From Mizuhopecten yessoensis (taxonomy: Eukaryota): a stretch of 64,000 bases of DNA. A model generated the notes under the pieces. The model made no database searches. It was not told where the DNA came from and was given only the letters and a program-made list of their open reading frames with translations. The stretch spans positions 4,125,609 to 4,189,608 of the forward strand of contig NW_018404492.1 of NCBI RefSeq assembly GCF_002113885.1, given 5' to 3'. Made by a program: the position numbers and the translations under genes. Positions 53,387 through 64,000 of this stretch are shown here, in pieces. Numbering within the stretch: position 1 is the stretch's first letter; each line of letters begins with the position of its first letter.

Positions 53387-55131
53387 ACGCATTACTGAAA
53401 ATATTGTGGTTTGCGTCACAAAACAAAATCAGACGCTTGACATGTGTCGCCATATTGAACAAGGCTGATTTCCATTTATTGTTGGCTATCCGATTCTATT
53501 CCGCCATTGTTTGCCATGGAAGGATTTCATTTTGTTTTTTCTACAGTCGCTTTGTCAGCATCTGAAACCAATAATTTGTTTTTGTATGCAGTAAATAAAA
53601 AGTACTATTCTGATTCGTCAATATTAACGGTAATGTCTTAACATCAGAAGATAATATGTGGTATGTCTTCACAGCAGAGTTGATATAAGTTTATTTAAAT
53701 TGACAGTGTCTAATATTTCAAAAGATTTAATTAATTATATCTTCTCAGCAATGATGATTGAAGTTTTTGTTTTTAAATTGATTAAGGTTTCACCAGATAA
53801 CATATCGTATACCTTCACATATGCTTTTTTTAATTGATACTTTCTGATACTTCACAAATAAACGTAAAATGTAATACAATCCTCTCCTGTATAGAAAGAT
53901 ATTGGAGAACGTGGTTCTACTGGTTCAATTGCAATGAGTATTGCTCATCCCAAAGCCTCAATTTTAACAGCATTACCATATACAGCAAATGTATAAAAGG
54001 TCAGGAAGGGGATTTTCTAACTAGCAAAAATCAAATATAAATCTTTATCAGACCCTAGACATATGAATTATGCAATCATGTTATAACAGTCAAAATGATA
54101 AAAGTGTGATAAAAAGAGAATGGCAAGGACAAGGAAAAGCAATGACAAATATAAAATCTTAATGGATATGCATCGACAGGCCGAGGATGCACCTCTCTTT
54201 TCAGGTGTGGACGCTGAAGCACACTTTCAGCTTACCTGGGTATAAAGAAACATCTATTTTGGACATTGCAATTCGACGGAAAAGTCATATAGAAATCATT
54301 ATTCTGTTTTAGAAAATTAACCAAATAAAAAAACGGCAGTGAAAACAGGTCTACGTGATGCAGCAAAGTCATATGATCAGAATTATATATACCCCGTTTA
54401 TACTATAAAACTGTGTTCAGCCGAGTTGGGTGATGTAGTTTGAAGAATTAAATTGAAATAAAATCTACAGAATTCACCCAATGGCACTATATATAAATGA
54501 TCGACAATGTTTGTGCAATAATTGCTTAAGTAAAGGTCATGCACCTTATATCCACGCCAGCCCTAGAAGCGTTAAAACAGAAACTCGAAATTGCTGTCTG
54601 AGTGATCATTTCCAAGTTAAAATATCATTTGGATGGAAGTTCTGGCGCTTCTTATATACTGAAGTCATCGTTGATTATTTTTGATGGCTAAACACATCGG
54701 ACTGCTGAGTATTATAGATCCAAGCTAGAAATAGACCTAAGAGTTCGTAGACGAGTATACCACCTCACAAAGGCACCGTTTTCACAGCTCAAATATAACG
54801 TCCGCTTGGAGAAACTCTAAAAGTGTAGCGAGCACGTCCTTCATGAATATCATGTCAGGTAGTAAAGTTGCCCTAGCCGTGAGAGCGTGACAACATGTAC
54901 GCCTGTCTACGAACCACGTAAACCATAATAATACCCCATCTATTCATTTTATAACCAGTATTCACATTCATTATTCCATCAGGTTTTAGTATGGCATTTG
55001 GACTAGCGACTGTAACTTTATATCACGAAAACTATCAAATGAAAAGACTGGATGTGGAATTTTTTTAAATTGTACATGTGCAGATATACCAATTTCCTGT
55101 GGAAATAATTAAACACATATCAACCTCGCAG

Positions 55132-55154
55132 TTTTTTTTTTTTTTTTTTTTTTT
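55132..55154. repeat. Poly-T (T23)
   Basis: Read directly. Confidence 0.9.
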
Positions 55155-55317
55155 AACCTTCAATGTATAGCAGTAATACTGTAAGTACGACCTCCTTGCA
55201 CTAAAATTAAGGTACTGAAATACAAACAAAGCAGTAATTCGAATTCAAAATCGATAATGCTATGGAAAAATAAAAGCAAAAAAATGACATTTGAAAACAC
55301 GGAAGGATAATAACACC

Positions 55318-55568
55318 TTGCCCATATTCATGAAACCGTTATCATGCTCAAACATGGATTTTGTGCTCCAACCAATTTTCTTGTTACTCACTGAAAACCA
55401 TGTCAAACGATCAAAAACGTAAACATTGAAAACAGATATTCTCTTAAAATTTTGTCCGAATTATTAACAAAATAAGTTTTTATTATTAATTTATAAACAG
55501 AGCATGAAATTAGGCTTGAGCACAGAATCCCTACTTGAGTATTAGAACGTTTTCATGAATACGGGCCC
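55318..55568. mobile_element. MITE with ~60-bp TIRs (GGGCCCGTATTCATGAAA-type, Harbinger-like)
   Basis: Arms 55320-55380 / 55506-55566, 48/61 complementary. Confidence 0.8.
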
Positions 55569-56078
55569 AGATTTTCTAGCAGTGTGTAATGTGTCTTCTG
55601 CGTCGTTGACTATACCTCCTATATCGTACATCTAATTAAAACCTAGGTGACGTTGCATTCTTAAATAAGAAATGGGGTAGTGACAACGAAACGATCAGAC
55701 AAACAAACGGAATCCTTCATGCAGGTTAAACATGTTTCAAGTATGTCCAAGTTAGTCGGAAGAGCGGCATACTTCAGAAATGCGACCAAAAATAGACATG
55801 AACATAAACAAAGATTTCTGTTGGTGAGACGTTGAGTGGCATAAAATCATATGTACAGGTATACAGCGGAATGACAACTAAACCATTACATGTTTTGCGC
55901 TTTATTTTCCATATGATATAGGTCTTTGATTGAGTCTTGGAGGTGATCTTTCTTAAAAAAGAATGTGATATAAGAGTCTCCCCAACAGTTGAAATAAAAT
56001 CAGTGTCTAAGGACTAACGAAATATCATTCATCATTTGGGAATTGAGCTGTATCGTTTTAATATTTTTGATAGTGCAG

Positions 56079-56099
56079 TATATATATATATATATATAT
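56079..56099. repeat. (TA)10 microsatellite
   Basis: Read directly. Confidence 0.9.
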
Positions 56100-56692
56100 C
56101 TGCGATGCAATGTCACTATAAAAACAAAGGAAACATCGTTTCTGGTCATCATTCCATAAACCGAAGGGAGTAGAAACACGTTACCATGAAATAAACAATA
56201 ACGCGGAAGTCATTTTTCATTCTCGTTTAAAAGTTTTGGACGAGAAGTTGTCAACTCTGCAATTAAACCGTCACATGATATTTTTTTTTTTAAATTGCAG
56301 TCCTGAATGACGTTTAGGTGGAAATAACACGTTAAGGAATCATAATAAATCTTTCTTTGACAAAGCCATAGGTAACATACAATCTAACTATCACTACCTC
56401 ACTGTCTGCCATGGTCGTTTCCGGCTTCGTTTGAAATGTCGCTATTAGTGTCACAAAGCTCAAATTACAGGACTACGGAAACATGTCTCTTTCCAGGCTT
56501 GAAAATAGATGCATGCCTAGCAATATCATGTCTACCCTTTGTTCATTTACCATCTCAACTTACAAATGTTCCGCGGCCACCGTATTACTCAATTTTCGAT
56601 TTAAACGAATATGCATCCGCGGTCTGAAGTCATTACTACACAATGTCAATAATCATTATGATAATGTGACGGAGCCACTGGATTGTCTTTTA

Positions 56693-57201
56693 TGTTGTAA
56701 TTATGAGACAATGCACTGACTTCTATTTACAGTTTATTTAAATCTATATACATATATACAGGTACATGTCCATACGTTCACCACAACACTTTCACTGCTC
56801 ACATGTTGTCACTCCCACGTTCTTACCACAACTCCCAATAGCTACATCCTCTCTCCTGCACCTCAGAAAACTAAACTGAACTCTACACCCACACACAACC
56901 TGTTCTCTCTACACTGTAACACACACCACCCTTTGTTCTCATGACACTGGTCATTCTCAATCAACATTTCTCCCAAACGGTCCGAGCTTTAATTGACAAC
57001 TTAATAAGATCTCCAGAACCAAGTAATATGTCTCTACATTGAAATTGCACGCCTAATCTTATACAAATAAACAACTACAGACCCTCCGCAGACACTCACT
57101 GATACGTACAGCTGTGGCTGACACAACTCATTAATTAGAATCTCTGATCACTCTGACCACTAATGGCCCACTCGACTCTCCTCCTACTCTCAAAGGTAAC
57201 A
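56693..57201 (-). mobile_element. Probable solo LTR (509 bp; BEL/Pao- or Gypsy-like termini)
   Basis: TGTT...AACA termini; minus-strand TATAAG (~57060) and AATAAA (56738-56733) ~40 bp from the end; strong C/G strand skew; flanks CTTTTA / CTTTTT (5/6, TSD-like). Confidence 0.6.
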
Positions 57202-58364
57202 CTTTTTCACAATAAGAAAACATTATTGTGCTTTAAAAGATCTTTTATTTCTGGTACCATACAAAATATGACATAAAGATAGTACCACCTGATAAATTAT
57301 GTTTTAGAGTTCTTGTTCTCAAGAACTACATGTATATTTAAACTTAAGCCACACGATAAGGCAGGTGCCATAAGCTGTTCCTCCAATCGAACATTCCAGA
57401 AATTCTTGTTGGAATTTCGATATTTTCAATGTCGTTATATCTTTTTTGAAGAGAGAAAGACGGGAAAATGTAAATAGAAGTACGTTCATAAAACTGATTT
57501 CTGGTGCGGTTCGTAGGCAATTCCCACTGCACTATTGGAGAATAAAACATGAACCGCATATTGATTAACCATTAACGTCCACGAAATAGACATGCTTGAC
57601 TCCTCGTTGTTATATGTTACATGGTTTCCCTTTTTCCTATATTTCACAAGGCGAAGCGTTGTTTTTAACTGTAAACGGCCCAACTTTCTTCGGTGAGTTT
57701 TGCTCAGGTTATACATTATCCACAGTTTCTCGTTCGGCCAAATGATAAAACTGTTTGAAGGAATAATATTTCTCGAATGTTAATAATCACACATTCGTAC
57801 TTAAATCATACTTATCAAAGAATGCGATACAACTTATTTCTTTAAATCTGCTACTAAATAGTTTATTCGCATTATATTTTTCCAAATTTCTCGCTTTTAT
57901 CTTATCTCTAAGATGACAATCTTTGCGAAGGTCAGAAAATGATCCGAAAGTGATCCGCACGTGCGGCCAAGGAGTGTAAGATCTGAAAGGGTTAGGCTGG
58001 TGTCACTGATAGGATTATGTGACTTAGTGCCTCAGGATTCATTATATCACTAAGCTTCGGTGTCATTCCTGAGAACAAGTCATCACCGAGATCATCAACT
58101 TGAATAACATGAACATTTTCATTCTGCGCTTCTTTGATGGCTGAATGTCAGCCAGTAGGAAATGATAGTACCTACTATTGCTGATATCAAAGGTAGTATA
58201 TATACATGTATATACGTACATGGTGTGGACTGTCTGTATTTGATCAGGGTCGACATGGACGGAGGATAGACACAATCGATTAACCGACGACAGACCGATA
58301 TATAAAAAGTCGATAAAACATCAGAATAATTCGGACTATTGTTTGGGGCGATATTTGTATAGAA

Positions 58365-58457
58365 GAACTTGACTCAATTGATAGAACTTCGTCTAGCGAT
58401 CGAAAGGTTCCGGATTCGTATCCCGGTCTGACCGTGCATTTCTGTTTTCCTGTTACA
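58365..58457 (+). pseudogene. tRNA-derived repeat (pseudo-tRNA head ending CCTGTTACA)
   Basis: A-box-like GACTCAATTGATAGA; T-arm CCGGATTCGTATCCCGG. Confidence 0.5.
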
Positions 58458-60574
58458 AATGCTATTTATACTATATGTAAACAAATTTATGCACATATTA
58501 TGAATATAACATTGACTGCTATTGCTCGATTATCAGTACACAGTTCATACATTCCGTGTATTTATTCATCATCAGCCTATTTGACAGCATAAAAAGTTAC
58601 TGTGTTTCCACCTTTTCCTCCACGGATAGCCTAGACATATGAAGATCTTTTAGATATACGTTAGATAATGTACTTTGCTCGTATTTTCCCCTAGTTTAAT
58701 CCGTTTTAGGTTCAAATTAGTGTGTTGTTGACATTTCGGTATTATATTGTTTTGTTTTTCGTTTTCTTTATTTTGTCTTGTTATTTAACTGTTTTGACCA
58801 TCGTATATCACACAAATTCAAACACATTTCTTTTCCGTCATCCTTCTACCGTCGCCGTACCATTGGAGGTCGGGGATCGAGGAGAGAGCAAACCTTGTTA
58901 CCATGTTCGTAAGAGGCGACTTATGAGGTACCTCTGAAAATTAAAAGTTAACTACTTGAGAATCTGATAGCGGTCTTTATCATTTGGCAATGTTTAATTC
59001 TTCCTTCTCATCAATAACGCATTCCTTTGCAACTACTAGTCTTGGTGTTTAGCATTCACTATAGCTAGGAATGTTGCGGGTTGTGTCCTCTGGCAGAGGC
59101 CAAGCACAGTCCTCGACATGAGTACTTATTGCTCTGGGCTTAACGTTTAGCTTAAAATGATAGTCGGTCAAGACTGGTTTGCCTATTTTCAGTATACTTT
59201 GATTAGCAGGAGCGTCATGCTACCGTGTGTCTTTGCTGTGAAGTTGCTGTGAGACGACACTTGTAAATGGTCTATCATCTGAGGACACCGTCTTCTTATG
59301 GACGTAGCTGTTGCGAAGATGCAAAAAAAATCACAGACGGCTGTCACCGTTATATGAAAATTTATGACGTAGACAACGTAAATATAGTCCTGGGTCTGTA
59401 ATAAACTTAATGTCAAGGAACGCTACCTAATGTTGCCTGCGTTGTCTTACATCCCGCTGCAGTGTAGAACTGATCTATTCCCCATTACACCATGTAACAT
59501 TAGAATATACACAATTTTATTGAATTTAGAGGATCTTTGGAATAATTAGGACCGATCACGACTGTAAGTTGATATTTATAGTTTGTTTGAACGCACGACT
59601 GCTCTGTAAGTATTACATCTATTTTTATTGCCAGAAGAGTGTATGTTCTGACTTGATGCCAGACATCCAGCGATTTTCTCCTCATCTTTCGTCGGAATTT
59701 CGCGTCTATTTTTGTCCAATATAAATCTACGCTTATCGCGTTTCGATTGACTGCGGTTGTGTCCTAAATCAGAATCGTACATCGGTTTGATGACATGCAC
59801 AGATGGGTGCGAGTTACAAGCCTTTATAAGACTCGATTTCTGGATGACATAAATCGCCAGTAAAGAAATAGGGTGTACGCCTTGCAGTCATTTACGATAA
59901 TATCTCCTAGTCGTTTAGGTTTGTACGACTTCATTTATGGAAATTTATGCATTTTCTATGTCAGATTTAGGTAGCTTGGAAATAGTATAGCAGAGATTAA
60001 ATGTTTATAAAGTCTCATCACCGATATATCAATAATATACATTACGACAGGAATCAAGAGGCACATCTGCTAAGGACAAAGCTACAGCTATCAGTAGCCT
60101 GAGGTTACTGTAGCATAAATGTGCACTATGTCTTTGAATTGAGAGTATGTGCATGTATCATGTATATTTTACGGCTAAATATGGTCGCCTTTTGCACTTT
60201 TTGTACTTAAATCAAACTTACAAAAACATAAATTATATCCAATACAACATAAATGAAATAAAAAAATGTCCTAAAGCAAATTAAAGGACGCTTGCGGTAT
60301 ACATTTATATGTTATATTACGCGTATCTACGAAACATGATGTGTAATGTCATTTACAGCTACACTGTGTACTTTTGCACAATCAGTGTATGTTTATATGA
60401 CCCATTACACGGAAAATATTAATGAATTAATGACAGTTTTCTGGGAGTGATAATGTGTTGCTATTCCTATCTTCGATCATATGTCTATGTGGTTTTTTGT
60501 GGGTTTTTTTGGTAAATGCATACTGAATCCAATTTAGATAATATATGACCTGTGCAAGATCATGGGGGATAGAC

Positions 60575-60800
60575 TAGGGCTGCTATATCCCACTGCTTAT
60601 TGTAATAGGCGACTTATGTGGGGCCCCCAGCAGAATCGGAGGTACGAGTTGTTCCTCCTTGTCTACTGCTAATGAAACATTGAAGAAATCAAAATTGAAT
60701 TGTTTACTTTTCGGCAGTATCTTCCTCCATCTTTAATTCTGTGACCTTTCGTCTGCGTTAAATGATGCTGTGAGGATATAAACCCAAACAAACATACAAA
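60575..60800 (+). mobile_element. Old SINE-like fragment
   Basis: TATATCCC...GTAATAGGCGACTTATG motif (also CGTAAGAGGCGACTTATG at 58908); tail TTAAATGATGCTGT...AAACCCAAACAAAC. Confidence 0.5.
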
Positions 60801-63800
60801 ATTGTTCAAAATGTTTTTTCTCTCAAGAAAAAATTGCTAGAGACAGTTCAAGGAAATAACCTTAGAAAAGGAAAGATATTTCCCTGAAAGGTTTACTAAC
60901 CAATTTCAATGTTCGATTATATACATACATGTACAATCCTCACGTACAGTAAATCCTCATTATGCTGTCATTCTTTGTCCAATACATTTGGCCTTTTAAA
61001 GAGGTTTGACGATATAATGAAGAAGACAAATAAATATATACAAAATATTCCTTATAGTAATTCAAAACATGTTATTGGTAAGTTAGATTGCGTATAACAC
61101 GAGGGGCATTACATCGATGTTTTGCTGTACCACATAGCCATTTACATGTAGCTGAACTTTACAGGACGGCATACAGTGTTCAATTCAACCTTGATTCTAA
61201 ATGCCACTCTTGTAACGTGCAATTATTCTAAAGGACCTTGATTAACCATAACGCACGTCAGATTTGCACATAGATTGGTTCTTTATATGTAAAACGGCCA
61301 TGAACATGCATATCGAGGAGCTTTTTTGAAAGTAGACTTAATGCCTGTCTGGTTAAGGCTCCGTTGTCAATTTAACAGAAAATATGACAAGTATTCAATA
61401 TTTGAGGAATATTGCTTGCCTCGTAACAGTACGAGAGACTTCCATAAAGTACACTATATGTTGGTCACATTGATACTGCCAGCCAATCTCTGTTTCCAGC
61501 AATCTCATTTTTGCGCAATTTAGACAAGATTATAGAAATTGATTATGGCTATCCTGAGAGAAGTTATCTGGTCTGTTTAAAACCTCTGGTTGAAATCTTG
61601 TTAAACAATTTCTACAGTGTTTTATGTTCTTTTGTAAAATCCAGATTTCTACAAATCAAATTATTCCCTTATCCCTCTAAATCATGTAATTACAACATCC
61701 GGGGACTGCAGGTATCTCACCATTCTCTTGCGTCACTATCTAGACTTGAATTATTGAATATCCTGTTATACAAGATAGAGTTTGTGGTAGTTTACTGGTC
61801 CTATAGTGACCTAACTCAAATGCAATTATAATGCTTGATTTGTAAATGGAACAAGAAGATTTAAAAAGAAATCGAAAACTTTTGGAATTAATTCTGTTTT
61901 TATCGAAAGACGATTTGATAGCTTTGTTTGCTTAATTATTTTAGACTTTGTGACAGAAATACCGGATATTGTAACAAAAAATAAATTAAACCCGAAAGTA
62001 GCATCAGGTAATGAACCACGTGAGTTTTTACATTTTATTTATGACTTTAACGGAAAACTGAACTAACCACTGAACACATTTGCGGACAAATTCTATAATA
62101 CTTGTATGCTTTAAACTTGACAGGAATATGTTTTACCGCTATATGTATCGGTTACCTGTAACTGATTTTGATTTAAAGTCACATGATCATTAAAAGTAAA
62201 AGCATTTTGAAGCATGCAGTCATTATATTTTGTTCTTGTCATGAATACAACGTGTATAAAACTCGAACACCATATTGTTGTGCTACTTTAAGTTGCTTGC
62301 GAGTCTTTCGTTAAAATGCGACATTGAGTATACTAGCACACGCACTGGCTCCTGTTTCGATATAATATATGTTTATTCAGTATTGTTGTAATACTTATAA
62401 AAATTTACTGGTACGTATATGGCAAAATATAATATAACATGTACCAATGCAACATGTCATTTAAATATAACATTTATTTACTATGGCCACATTAGATAGT
62501 TTATACAAATTTGGACCGAAGGCATTACTGTTTCATGAACTTTTGACAATGGCAATAGTCCATTTTAGAAACAGACATATTACGGTGACCATTCATGTAC
62601 TATGAAGGTAGAGGTGGCCGATCAGTTTTATCTACGGTGTTACTGTAACCAAAAACCGACCACCTACATCCCGTCTTCCCCCTCACAAACCCCCACACAC
62701 TTTTGCTACACTGTCCTATGTGCCCATGGCGACGTCATTCGTACGATCACCCGTGAATGTTCACACTTTCAAGGTGTGGCCAAGTGATGAATACACTTCG
62801 AAATTGCCAATGACGGAATCATTCATCAAATCCAATTACGACCACACACCATGGCTACCGGCGTCTTAAGTAGGAGACACATATACTAAACCACCTACAC
62901 TGCAATACATCAGCCGTTAACAAGGACTAACTGTGTCACCTAATGATGACGAATGTAGGGGGGTATACTTATATACGAAAAGTCAACACGGGCAGGTACG
63001 TAAAGTCCGAGCTGTTTCCAAATGTACCAAATCAGTCAACATCTCCTGTATGTACATATAAGTAAACACCTCGAAGGTTTCGGTTCGTGTGGAAATTAAT
63101 TTTATCCCTATATTCTAGATGTAGGTTGTGTAGATACATAAGGTCACATGTAACCTATAATACCACCACTCCTGGGTCTAGTCGTCCGTCTTCATTAACA
63201 AACGCAGTTGTGTCGAGTCCACAATTTTTGGTTAATGCCATCTGCTAACATGGTTGTCCTTCAGAGCGGTCGTGGTACCACGAAACCCCGTGGTCGGAGT
63301 GACCTGCTCCAGGAAACTGTTTGTGTTAAGTGAGAGCAGTGATGCCCCGTATGCGCCTTTGTATTAATGTCGTTTCAATCTTAATCTAGGAATACGACAC
63401 CTTAGCACAGGAAGTACTATGCTTATTCGTATGCTTCACCAACACTATTATTTTTCTAAATAATAATTCACCAGCGACAGCTCAGAGCAACTGCTTTCTC
63501 AACATACAAACATATTGTTTCCTGATACTATAACTGGTACATTGTAGAAAAATATATAACATTACTAACGATTTGTTGACACACAAACCATAGTTATGGC
63601 ACACATTTGCAGTGTAATGCAATTACTCATTGACACATGTGTACACTTCTTCGAACATTGGATCGCGTGGCAAATGAAGACAATTTGGTGCATATATTCT
63701 TCAGTATTTCATATACTGCTGTTTCCAATTTAAATTTTGGAACAGATCTAAGGCAGCACCATAAACAGTATGGTGTGCCCATCTGTTACGTTGTAGTTCT

Positions 63801-63837
63801 AGTTTTGGCTCGCTTTCACTCCTTTTCCGATGTTTGG

Positions 63838-63961
63838 ACAGTCGGTCGAGAATATGTCAGACGCGTGAACAGTGGGACTAGCTTCCTTGTGATTTATGGA
63901 CAGCCGGACCAGCTTCCGCCAGACTTGTGTACAGTCGGTGTAGCTTCCGTATGTCTGTATT
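63838..63961. repeat. Cryptic 31-bp minisatellite, 4 degenerate copies
   Basis: ACAG(T/C)(C/G)GG starts at 63838, 63869, 63900, 63931 (exact 31-bp spacing); AGCTTCC at the same offset in 3 units. Confidence 0.75.
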
Positions 63962-64000
63962 TCACGGGTCAAATATAACCACATTTCAATGACTGATACA

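Overview
AT-rich (roughly 35% GC by eye) eukaryotic non-coding DNA. No ORF has a recognisable protein family, and there is no operon structure, rRNA, intact tRNA or CRISPR array. The repeat landscape (tRNA-derived SINEs with CAAA tails, TGACCTTTGACCT-type satellite, fold-back MITEs, abundant TACATGTA) most resembles a marine invertebrate, probably a bivalve mollusc; this is inference. The window is most likely a large intron or intergenic tract. The best-supported content is mobile DNA. Two inverted copies of a 1.2-1.4 kb non-autonomous element (18745-20138 and 34179-35341) bracket about 14 kb. There are also several MITEs (Tc1/mariner-like, PIF/Harbinger-like, fold-back), SINE fragments (one nested inside a MITE), a probable solo LTR and several minisatellites. 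Two observations stand out. (i) Comparing the two element copies shows CATGTA present at a TA site in one copy only, giving TACATGTA, the classic Tc1-type excision footprint. This could explain the roughly 10-fold excess of TACATGTA across the window. (ii) One element terminus has been rearranged by an inversion plus a 178-bp near-perfect inverted copy of DNA 1 kb away, consistent with multiple template switches or a flip-flop end. Candidate microexons, exons and cis-regulatory clusters (E-box, CRE) are reported at low confidence. I found no evidence for a novel protein-coding system.
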